Source: Nannocystineae bacterium | Lineage (GTDB): Bacteria; Myxococcota_A; Polyangia; Haliangiales; Haliangiaceae | DNA length: 16,649 bases | Reading direction: 5' to 3' | NCBI GenBank assembly: GCA_007133195.1 | Contig: SLNH01000154.1 | Span: 1-16,649 of the forward strand | Part shown: one piece after another, positions 1 through 11,454 of the stretch | Layout of the letters: the number at the start of each line of letters is the position of its first letter | Numbering within the stretch: position 1 is the first letter of the stretch | Program-made: the position numbers and the translations under genes | Notes under the pieces: generated by a model | Told to the model about the DNA's origin: nothing | Seen by the model: only the letters and a program-made list of their open reading frames with translations | Databases searched by the model: none

Positions 1-30
1 AAGAGCGCCTTGGAAATGTCGCGGTTCATA
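1..30 (-). CDS. Possible 5' end of a gene running off the window start (MNRDISKAL...), downstream of gyrA on the same strand
   Basis: ATG (plus-strand 'cat' at 28-30) is preceded on the minus strand by GGGAGG with an 8-nt spacer. Only 10 codons are visible and no homology can be assessed. Confidence 0.2.
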
Positions 31-174
31 GCGTCTACCTCCCTCGAGTCAGAATCATCGCGTCGCTTGTGGTCGCCCCTCGCCCGCGCCGGACCCGGCG
101 GCAAAGCGCCGCCAGGGGCCCCGAGCGACGGGGCAGTCCATGCGGCAGGCGCTGGGCGAGCCACATCTCGTCGT

Positions 175-2790
<2,616 letters not shown>

Positions 2791-3098
2791 CCGAGCTCCG
2801 CGAATCCCGAGGGATCCCAACCAGTGACGAGGAGAAAGCGTTCGGGGCAGTCCCCCTGGTCCCAGGGCACCGGCCGAGATCCGCCAGCGCGCCGGGCGAT
2901 GCGGCGTCGCTCGCGATCAAGGCCGCTGGGGGCGGCTATTCTTAGCCCACAATCGCCCGGAATTCAACGACGAAGCCGACTTTGCATGAGGGCGTTTCGC
3001 CTGAGTTTTTCGGTGGGTTACGGCCGGGAGGAACAGGGATCGGCAGCCTGGCGCGCCGGCGGGTTTACACCTAGCCGGCGGCCGATTACGTGTGGCTC
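2791..3098. promoter_or_regulatory. Divergent intergenic region expected to hold the promoters for gyrA (-) and the thioredoxin-domain gene (+)
   Basis: A 308-bp non-coding gap lies between divergently transcribed genes. It has locally lower GC (e.g. ttgcatgagggcgtttcgcctgagtttttcgg). No confident -35/-10 assignment could be made by eye. Confidence 0.3.
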
Positions 3099-5135
3099 AT
3101 GTCGAACCGACTCGCCGGCGAGTCCTCTCCGTATCTGCGTCAGCACAAAGACAACCCAGTGGACTGGTACCCCTGGGGCGCCGAGGCGTTTTCCAAGGCC
3201 CGGGCCGAGGACAAGCCGATGTTCGTGTCGATCGGCTATGCGGCCTGCCACTGGTGCCACGTCATGGAGCGGGAGAGCTTCGAGGACCCCGAGATCGCCG
3301 CCCGGATGAACGAGCTGTTCGTCAACGTGAAGGTCGATCGCGAGGAGCGCCCGGACGTGGATTCCATCTACATAAACGCGATCCACGTGATGGGTGAGCG
3401 CGGAGGGTGGCCGCTGTCGGCGTTCTGTGATTCAGACGGGCGCCCGTTTTACGTAGGGACGTACTTTCCGCCGGGGGACCGCTACGGCCGGCCCGGGTTC
3501 GCGCGGGTCCTCGACGCGCTGGCCCGCGCCTACCGCGAGGAGCGCGACAAGCTGGATCAGAACGCGCGCGCCGTGTTGGACGGGCTGCGGCAGATCGACG
3601 AGATCGGCCGCCGCGGCGGCGCGAGCGGCGATCCTGGGGCGCTGTCCGCGAACATGATCGAGGAGGCCGGGCGCGCGCTCGCGCAAAAGGCCGATCCGGA
3701 ATGGGGTGGGCTCGGCAAGGCTCCCAAGTTCCCCTCCCCCTCGGCCCACGATCTCCTCGCGCGGGCGGGACGGCTCGAGAGCGGCGCGCCGTGCCGCGAG
3801 GCGTTTTTGCGCCAGGCCAGAGCGATGGCCCGCGGCGGCATCTACGACCACCTGGGCGGAGGCTTTTCCCGCTACAGCGTCGATGAGCGCTGGCTCGTCC
3901 CGCACTTCGAAAAGATGCTCTACGACAACGGGCAACTCCTCGAGATCTACGGCGACGCGTTCGCGATGTCCGGCGATGGGCGCTTTGCGGAGGTGGTGGC
4001 CGAGACCGTGGGCTGGCTCGAGCGCGAAATGTCCGAGCCAGACTCGGGCGGGCTTTACGCGAGCCTTGACGCCGACTCCGAGGGCGAGGAGGGGAAGTAC
4101 TACGTGTGGACGCCGAAGGAGGTGGAGGATGCGCTCGGGCCGGCCGACGCGATCCAGTTTTCCAGCGCCTACGGGGTGACGAGCGCGGGGAACTTCGAGG
4201 GCCAAACGAGCGTGCTCTCGCGCGTGCGCGAGCCCGAATCCGACGGGGAGGCGCGGGCGCTCGCCGACATGCGGCGGCGGCTCCTCGCGGCGCGCGAAGC
4301 GCGGATTCGGCCGGCCACCGATGACAAGATCCTGGCCGGGTGGAACGGGCTCGCGCTGTCGGGGCTCGTGCGGGCGTGGGAGGCCACGGGGCACGAGCCG
4401 GCGCGCTCGCTCGCGCTCCGTGTGGCCGAATTTTTGGCTCGAGAGATGGTGCGGGGCGAGGGGGAGGGGCTTTGGCGGGTGTACAAGGAGGGGGAGCGCA
4501 AGCTGGAAGGCACGCTCGAGGACTACGCGTACGTGGCCCGGGGCCTGCTGTCCGTCGCCCAGGCCGGCGGCGAGGCGCGCTACTTCGAGCTCGGCCGGGC
4601 GCTCACCGCGCGCATGGTGGAGCGGTTTTACGCGGTGATAGACGGCGTCCCGGTGTTTTACATGACCTCCGGCGAAGACGCCGCGGACCTCGTCCACCGG
4701 CCCGAGTCGTTCGGCGACGGCGCGCTGCCTGCGGGGGCCGCGGTGGCCGTGGAGTGTCTGCTTCGGGTCGGGCGGCTTTCGGGCGACGACGAAGCGCTCG
4801 CCGTCGCCGAGCGCTACCTGGCCGCCCGAGCGCCACTGGCTGCGGAGCAGCCCGTCATGGCCTCGCGGCTGCTTTCCGCGCTCGACCTGTACCTACACGG
4901 GACGGAAGTCGTGGTGGCGCCGGGCGACGGGGAGGCTGCGCTTTGGGGCGCGGTGCGGCGGGCCTACGCGCCTACGGCGCTGCTCGCCGGGGACTTTGCC
5001 TCCGAAGAGATCTGGCGGGGCAAAAGCGCGGGCGAGCGCGGCGAGGCGCGGGCTTACGTGTGCCGAGGGACGAGCTGCTCGCCGCCTACGTCCGATCCGG
5101 CGGCCCTCGCGCGCCTCGTCGCGGCGCGCGAGTGA
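3099..5135 (+). CDS. Thioredoxin-domain-containing protein of the YyaL/SSP411 family (COG1331; N-terminal thioredoxin-like domain plus six-hairpin glycosidase-like domain)
   Basis: N-terminus [88 protein letters not shown] is the hallmark of this family and includes the CHWC redox motif. The ~680 aa length is typical. A GTG at 3090 is an alternative start; no strong SD is present for either. Confidence 0.85.
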   Translation: MSNRLAGESSPYLRQHKDNPVDWYPWGAEAFSKARAEDKPMFVSIGYAACHWCHVMERESFEDPEIAARMNELFVNVKVDREERPDVDSIYINAIHVMGERGGWPLSAFCDSDGRPFYVGTYFPPGDRYGRPGFARVLDALARAYREERDKLDQNARAVLDGLRQIDEIGRRGGASGDPGALSANMIEEAGRALAQKADPEWGGLGKAPKFPSPSAHDLLARAGRLESGAPCREAFLRQARAMARGGIYDHLGGGFSRYSVDERWLVPHFEKMLYDNGQLLEIYGDAFAMSGDGRFAEVVAETVGWLEREMSEPDSGGLYASLDADSEGEEGKYYVWTPKEVEDALGPADAIQFSSAYGVTSAGNFEGQTSVLSRVREPESDGEARALADMRRRLLAAREARIRPATDDKILAGWNGLALSGLVRAWEATGHEPARSLALRVAEFLAREMVRGEGEGLWRVYKEGERKLEGTLEDYAYVARGLLSVAQAGGEARYFELGRALTARMVERFYAVIDGVPVFYMTSGEDAADLVHRPESFGDGALPAGAAVAVECLLRVGRLSGDDEALAVAERYLAARAPLAAEQPVMASRLLSALDLYLHGTEVVVAPGDGEAALWGAVRRAYAPTALLAGDFASEEIWRGKSAGERGEARAYVCRGTSCSPPTSDPAALARLVAARE

Positions 5136-5247
5136 GCTCACGCCGGAAAACCTAGGTGCTTGCGGGCGCCGCGGCCGCGTGCGAACGTGGGCTCTCTGCG
5201 TGACATCTGGGCCTGTATGTGCGCGCGCCCGTCCCGGGAGGATGTAA

Positions 5248-6648
5248 TTGTCGTCTGACGCGCGGAAAGCCGCAGGGCCGGCGCCCGGCGGCGAGCCCGG
5301 CGAGCCCGAGCGAGGGGAGACGCTCCGCGAGCGCCTGCACGGCGCCCTTTGCGACTTCGTCACCGACGTGGGCGGGGAGCGGGCGTCTTTGCGCAGGTTG
5401 CGGCTCGCGGCGTGGACGCGGCTCCTTTTCATCCTGCCGCTGCTCGCCGTGCCCACTGCCCTCGGGTTCGTGAGCACCCTCGAGCACGCGCACGCGCCCG
5501 GCGCCGCCCAAGCGATCCTTTGGGCGTGGGCGATCTTGTTTCTCGCCAGCATGCTCGTAAACGTGGGGATCCTGGCGGCGGTGGCGCGCAACCGCCCGGG
5601 CCTCGCTCGTGGGCTCACCTACGCGACCCTCACCGGCGAGGTCGTGACGAACCAGCTCGCGCTTCAGCTCATCGGCCCGCTGTCGAGCCACGGCGTCGTC
5701 TATATGGTCATCATCGTGGGGATCTATCGGACCTTCTTCGATTACCGGCTCGCCCTCTACGCGCTCTGTCTGGGCAGCGCGACCTTCGTCGCGGGCGTGA
5801 TCGTCGGGCACGTCGGCGCGCTGCCGCTCGCGCCGATACTGCCGACCTTCGAGCACTGGGTCTACGAGGACTTTAAGACGACGCTGATGGTCGCGTACAC
5901 GGTGATCGCCGCGGCCCTCTTGACGTTCGTGACGTCGAACTACGCGGTGAACCAGTCGGCGAAGCTTCACCGCTACATCACCGAATCGGTGCTGAGGCGC
6001 TATCTCCCGGCGTCGCTCGTCGACCGGGCGGCGCGCGGCGAGCTCCGGCTCGACGCCACGCCCGAGCGGCGAAAGCTCACGGTGATGTTCACCGATTTGG
6101 TCGGCTTTACGGCGATGTCCGAGCGGATTGGCGAGCGTGAGGTCGCGGAGGTGTTAAACCGCTACCTGTCCCGGTGCGCCGACGTCGCCCACGAGTACGG
6201 CGCCACGATCGATAAGTTCATCGGCGACGGCGTCATGATCATCCTGGGCGCCCCCGACGAGCTGCCACCCGCAGATCAGGCGCGGCGCTGCGTGTCGATC
6301 GCGAAAGACATGCGCAAAGCGATCGCCGATACGCCCCTCGAGATCCGCGCGGGGATCCACACCGGCGAGGCGATCGTCGGTCACTTCGGCTCGGAAGTGC
6401 GCTCTGACTTCACGGCGGTGGGGCACACCGTCAATATCGCCGCGCGGCTGGAGACGACGTGCGAGCCCGGCCGGATTCTCGTCGGGGAGGAGACCGCGGC
6501 GCTCCTCGAGCCCGAGATCACGGTGGAGCCCGCGGGCGTGTTCCAACTCAAGGGGATCTCGCACGGGGTGCGCGCCTACTACGTGGTGGAGGACGCGCCT
6601 GACGGGGCGCGCGAGGCTCGAACAAGGCCCCGCGCGGTCGAGGCATAG
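5248..6648 (+). CDS. Membrane-anchored class III adenylate cyclase (6 predicted TM helices plus C-terminal cyclase homology domain)
   Basis: TTG start is preceded by GGGAGGA with a 6-nt spacer. Six hydrophobic helices span residues ~55-230. The cyclase domain is RKLTVMFTDLVGFTAMSE...IDKFIGDGVMIILG...GIHTGEAIVGHFGSEVRSDFTAVGHTVNIAARLE. Both metal-binding Asp (FTDLVGF, FIGDG) are present. Substrate-specifying Lys (IDKFIGD) and Asp (SDFTAVGHTVN) predict ATP specificity. Confidence 0.9.
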   Translation: MSSDARKAAGPAPGGEPGEPERGETLRERLHGALCDFVTDVGGERASLRRLRLAAWTRLLFILPLLAVPTALGFVSTLEHAHAPGAAQAILWAWAILFLASMLVNVGILAAVARNRPGLARGLTYATLTGEVVTNQLALQLIGPLSSHGVVYMVIIVGIYRTFFDYRLALYALCLGSATFVAGVIVGHVGALPLAPILPTFEHWVYEDFKTTLMVAYTVIAAALLTFVTSNYAVNQSAKLHRYITESVLRRYLPASLVDRAARGELRLDATPERRKLTVMFTDLVGFTAMSERIGEREVAEVLNRYLSRCADVAHEYGATIDKFIGDGVMIILGAPDELPPADQARRCVSIAKDMRKAIADTPLEIRAGIHTGEAIVGHFGSEVRSDFTAVGHTVNIAARLETTCEPGRILVGEETAALLEPEITVEPAGVFQLKGISHGVRAYYVVEDAPDGAREARTRPRAVEA

Positions 6649-6676
6649 CCCCGCGGTTCACAGCGTTTGCGCCGCC

Positions 6677-7675
6677 TTAGGCGACGGCGTCGCCCTCCCG
6701 CCAGGCGGCGGCGAACCGGCGCACCACATCGGCGGTGGGCTCGATCTTGTCGATCGCGCGGACGCTCTTGCCCGCCTGAAAGTAATCGCGGTAGCCGCCG
6801 CCGCGAAGCGAGGCCCGCTTGAGCTGCCAGATCGAGCGCAGCGAGTAAAAGCTGCGGATGTAGTGCTTGAACCGCGGGTGGCGCAGGAGTGGACGGATGA
6901 GCGGGCTCGCCCGGGTGCCGAGGCTCTCGACATACGGTGTCCGAATCACAGACACCGGTACCCCCGTGATCTTGTCGGTGTGAACGATGTCGCTCTCGGT
7001 GGCGCGCAGGATGGCCCGCTTGTAGTCGTCGTGGGCGCGGCATTCCAGGGTGGCGATGAAGCGCGTGCCGAGCTGCGCGGCCTGATAGCCGCGGTCGAGC
7101 TCGTGCGCGAAGTCCTGGGGCGCCCCGACGCCGCCCGCACACACGAGCGGGAGGCCGAGATCGGACAGCTCGTCGTACAGCGCCTGCGGGGAGAGGTCGC
7201 CGGCGTGTCCGCCGGCGCGGTCGTTGACGCAGATGAGGCCGTCCACGCCCGCGTCCCGGGCCTTTTCCGCGAACTTGCGGGCGGTGACGTCGTGGTAGAC
7301 GACGCCGCCCGCGGCCCGTACGCGCTCCACGACCCAGCGCGGGTTACCGAGCGCCGTGACGAAAAAGCGCACGCCCTCCTCGAGGGCGACGTCGATCCAG
7401 CGACGCATCCGATCGAGGTAGATGCGCGACGACTGCTCGATGATCGCGTTGAAGCCGATCGGCTTGGATGTGAGCTCGCGGATGCGGCGCAGCCCATTTC
7501 GGAGCTCGTGTCCGTGGACGTACGTGAGGGCGATCGGCTGCACCACGCCCAGCGCGCCCGCCTCCGAGGCGGCGGCGACCAGCTCGGGGTTCGAGCACGG
7601 GTACATCGCCCCGCAGATGAGCGGGATCTCGGCGCCCGAGTGGTCCAAAAAAGAGTTCGTCGCGAATTCGACCAT
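6677..7675 (-). CDS. Nitronate monooxygenase / 2-nitropropane dioxygenase family FMN-dependent oxidoreductase (NMO; FabK-like TIM barrel)
   Basis: 332 aa. N-terminal region IPLICGAMYPCSNPELVAAASEAGALGVVQP and downstream GGHAGDLS...LPLVCAGGVGAPQD are the conserved FMN and substrate-binding segments of the NMO/NPD family. Confidence 0.8.
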   Translation of the reverse strand: MVEFATNSFLDHSGAEIPLICGAMYPCSNPELVAAASEAGALGVVQPIALTYVHGHELRNGLRRIRELTSKPIGFNAIIEQSSRIYLDRMRRWIDVALEEGVRFFVTALGNPRWVVERVRAAGGVVYHDVTARKFAEKARDAGVDGLICVNDRAGGHAGDLSPQALYDELSDLGLPLVCAGGVGAPQDFAHELDRGYQAAQLGTRFIATLECRAHDDYKRAILRATESDIVHTDKITGVPVSVIRTPYVESLGTRASPLIRPLLRHPRFKHYIRSFYSLRSIWQLKRASLRGGGYRDYFQAGKSVRAIDKIEPTADVVRRFAAAWREGDAVA

Positions 7676-7858
7676 AGGATGGGGAAACCTAGCAGAGGGC
7701 CGGCGCCGCGCGGAAGCGCTGGAGGCGAGGCCGGCGCCGATGACGAAGAAAGCTGCGCGGCGTCGCCTTGCTCTGGCGCGGGGAATTCAGCTAGCTTGTG
7801 GGCTGGCAGCTGGCGGGCGCGCGGGCGGCGGGCGCACGGAGCTGGAGGCAGGTTACTC
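7676..7858. promoter_or_regulatory. Divergent promoter region between the NMO gene (-) and the encapsulin operon (+); contains the palindrome AGCTAGCT (~7787-7794) and an 11-bp direct repeat GGCCGGCGCCG (7698-7708 and 7734-7744)
   Basis: 183-bp non-coding gap. The perfect 8-bp palindrome lies ~65 bp upstream of the encFtn ATG. GGAGG at 7844-7848 serves as SD for the ATG at 7859. Confidence 0.35.
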
Positions 7859-8242
7859 ATGGCAAGCTCGAGCGACTCGTTTCACGAGCCCTACGACATT
7901 CTCTCGGACGAGGTGCGCGATCGCCACCGCGCCATCGTGTCCCTCATGGAAGAGCTCGAGGCGGTCGACTGGTACGATCAGCGTATCGCCGCCGCGAGCG
8001 ATCCCGAGCTGCGGGATATCCTCGCGCACAACCGCGACGAGGAGAAGGAGCACGCGGCGATGGTGCTCGAGTGGCTGAGGCGCCACGATGAGGGCTGGGC
8101 CGCCGAGCTAAGTGAGCGGCTGTTTCGAGACGGCGCGATCGTCCAGGAAAACGACGGCGAGCACAACGTTGCCAAGAGGACCCTGCCGCCGGCCGGCGAT
8201 GGGTCGCTCGGCATCGGCAGTTTGAAGGAGACATCGCGATGA
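7859..8242 (+). CDS. encFtn: Encapsulated ferritin-like protein (EncFtn), encapsulin cargo with C-terminal targeting peptide
   Basis: 127 aa: MASSSDSFHEPYDILSDEVRDRHRAIVSLMEELEAVDWYDQRIAAASDPELRDILAHNRDEEKEHAAMVLEWLRRHDEGW... It is near-colinear with characterised EncFtn (e.g. R. rubrum: HEPLEVL..RHRAIVSVMEELEAVDWYDQR..DPEL..ILAHNRDEEKEHAAM.LEWLRR). Ferroxidase-centre residues (Glu in MEELEA, Tyr in DWYDQ, ExxH in EEKEHA) are conserved. The C-terminus ...AGDGSLGIGSLKETSR matches the Family 1 encapsulin cargo-loading peptide consensus GSLGIGSL. The long upstream track ORF (6863-7858) overlaps the NMO gene antisense and is rejected as an extension. Confidence 0.88.
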   Translation: MASSSDSFHEPYDILSDEVRDRHRAIVSLMEELEAVDWYDQRIAAASDPELRDILAHNRDEEKEHAAMVLEWLRRHDEGWAAELSERLFRDGAIVQENDGEHNVAKRTLPPAGDGSLGIGSLKETSR

Positions 8243-9048
8243 ACGAGCTTCTCAGAGAGCTCGCGCCGATTTCGTCGCGCGCGTGGGCCGAGATCGACGG
8301 CGAGGCGGCGCGGCGCCTGCGCCACGAGCTCGCCGCGCGACGGCTCGTGGATATGGACGGACCGCACGGCTGGGACAAGCCCTGCGTCAACCTAGGTCGC
8401 GCGCGAGGCCTGGGCGCCGCGCCGGTGGATGGCGTGTCCGCCTCCGAGCGGCAGGTGGTGCCGCTCGTGGAGCTCAGGACAGATTTCAAGCTCGCCCGGA
8501 CCGAGCTGGAAGCCATCGACCGCGGCGCTGACGACGCGGACCTCTCGCCGCTCATCGACGCGGCCCAGCGCATCGCGCGCGCCGAGGATACGTCTGTGTT
8601 TCACGGGTTCCGCGGCGGGGGCATCGGGGGCGTGTTCGAGCAGTCGTCGCACGACACGATGACCATCTCGGACGATTACGGGGCCTATCCCACGATGGTC
8701 GCCGTCGCGATCGGGCGCCTTCATGACGCCGGCGTGGAGGGACCCTACGCCCTGGCGCTCGGCCCGCGCTGCTGGGTCGGCCTGAACCAGGCGCCAGGGC
8801 ACGGCGGCTATCCGGTCTTCAATCAAGTGAGCCGGCTCGTCGACGGGCGCATCTTCCGCGCGCCGGCGGTAAACGGCGCGATCCTGATCTCGCTCCGCGG
8901 CGGGGATTACCAGCTCACGGTGGGGCGCGATCTGTCGATCGGCTACGCGGCGCACGACGACCGCCACGTATCGCTGTATCTGGTGGAGAGCATGACCTTC
9001 CGCGTGATCACGCCCGAGGCGGCCGTGCCGATGGCGTACGCGGCGTAG
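8239..9048 (+). CDS. enc: Family 1 encapsulin shell protein (HK97-fold; linocin M18 / CFP29-like)
   Basis: 269 aa. MNELLRELAPISSRAWAEIDGEAARRLRHELAARRLVDMDGPHGWD aligns with T. maritima encapsulin [46 protein letters not shown]. The C-terminal block DLSIGYAAHDDRHVSLYLVESMTFRVITPEA aligns with [31 protein letters not shown], and a central GPYAL motif is present. The ATG overlaps the encFtn stop (ATGA). The SD AAGGAG at 8225-8230 is embedded in the cargo's targeting-peptide codons. Confidence 0.92.
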   Translation: MNELLRELAPISSRAWAEIDGEAARRLRHELAARRLVDMDGPHGWDKPCVNLGRARGLGAAPVDGVSASERQVVPLVELRTDFKLARTELEAIDRGADDADLSPLIDAAQRIARAEDTSVFHGFRGGGIGGVFEQSSHDTMTISDDYGAYPTMVAVAIGRLHDAGVEGPYALALGPRCWVGLNQAPGHGGYPVFNQVSRLVDGRIFRAPAVNGAILISLRGGDYQLTVGRDLSIGYAAHDDRHVSLYLVESMTFRVITPEAAVPMAYAA

Positions 9049-9052
9049 CCGC

Positions 9053-9087
9053 GCGCTCGCGGGCGCCGCGATGCCGCCCGCGCGAGC
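9053..9087. terminator. GC-rich imperfect hairpin between convergent enc (+) and HD-GYP (-) genes; candidate bidirectional intrinsic terminator (no T-tract)
   Basis: GCGCTCGCGGGCG - ccgcgatgc - CGCCCGCGCGAGC: ~12-bp stem with one bulge, sitting in the 68-bp convergent gap 9049-9116. Confidence 0.3.
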
Positions 9088-9116
9088 ATCCGCTGGCGCG
9101 CCGGCACCTCGCGCCG

Positions 9117-10691
<1,575 letters not shown>

Positions 10692-10714
10692 CGCGACCTC
10701 CGGTGCGCGGGCGC

Positions 10715-11434
10715 TCAGCGCGCGCTCGTTTCGTCGCCCCCGTCCTCGCTCGCCCCGGGGTGGGTGCGCCTCACGAGGTTCTCCCAATTGTCGCGCATGT
10801 CCTCGGCCTGCCGCCGCGCCGAGCGCGCGGCCGACTCGGCCTCTTTGGCGAGGCGGGCACGGGTACGGGCCTGCTCCTCGTAGGCAGCGTAGTCGAACCC
10901 CTCGGGGCGGATTCCGTGCGCCTCCGCGACGCGGGCCTTGGCGTACTCGTAGCGCGCTTGCTGCGCGTAGGCCGACTCCGCCCTGAAGATGTAGTAGGCC
11001 TCGAGCGCTTCCTGGTGGCGCTCGACGTACTCGACCCGCGCCTCCGCCGCGCGGAGCGCCAGCTCGGCGGCGTCGAGGTTGATGGTGGCCTGCTCGATGC
11101 GGTTTTGGTCGCTCGAGCGGTCGGCGGCCTCCATCTCCGATTGCGCGGACGACGCCTGAAGCGCGGCCTGCTCACGCTCGTTCTTCGCCACCCGCAAGGT
11201 GGTCTCCACGTCCTCGAGTTGCGTCTCGGCGTTGGCCCGCTCCATGACGGCCGCGGCGTAGTCGCTTTGCGCATCCAGGACCGCCCGCTTATCGGCCGTG
11301 GACACGCGGGCGATGTGTCGGTCGTCGAACTCGTAGTCGAGCGGCTCCGGGGCGTTCGAGGAACTACCGCCACAGGCGGCGAGCGCCCAGGCGACCGCGG
11401 AGGCCGCGAGCAACGTCTTGGTTGTCGTGCGCAT
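10715..11434 (-). CDS. Coiled-coil lipoprotein, function unknown
   Basis: N-terminus MRTTTKTLLAASAVAWALAACGGSSS is a signal peptide with lipobox LAAC. The remainder is Ala/Glu/Arg/Gln-rich heptad-like sequence. GGAG lies ~11 nt upstream. It sits 20 nt downstream of the membrane-protein gene and 23 nt upstream of the HD-GYP regulator gene. Confidence 0.7.
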   Translation of the reverse strand: MRTTTKTLLAASAVAWALAACGGSSSNAPEPLDYEFDDRHIARVSTADKRAVLDAQSDYAAAVMERANAETQLEDVETTLRVAKNEREQAALQASSAQSEMEAADRSSDQNRIEQATINLDAAELALRAAEARVEYVERHQEALEAYYIFRAESAYAQQARYEYAKARVAEAHGIRPEGFDYAAYEEQARTRARLAKEAESAARSARRQAEDMRDNWENLVRRTHPGASEDGGDETSAR

Positions 11435-11454
11435 CGTCTAACGAGCTCCTATGT

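Noticed and set aside
2791-2820. '[10 protein letters not shown]' peptide encoded upstream of the gyrA start, superficially like the encapsulin targeting motif GSLGI
   Set aside because: It lies upstream of the homology-supported GyrA start (MSDS, with its own GGAG SD). The resemblance is a coincidence of an in-frame non-coding leader.
3432-5970. Minus-strand ORFs 3432-4697 (421 aa), 4893-5618 (241 aa) and 5152-5970 (272 aa)
   Set aside because: They are antisense to the YyaL-family and cyclase genes. Their translations are Arg/Pro-rich with no domain signatures.
6863-7858. 5' extension of the encFtn ORF (track ORF 6863-8242, 459 aa)
   Set aside because: The extension runs antisense through the entire NMO gene and into the divergent promoter region. 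Homology to EncFtn begins only at the ATG at 7859, which has a GGAGG SD.
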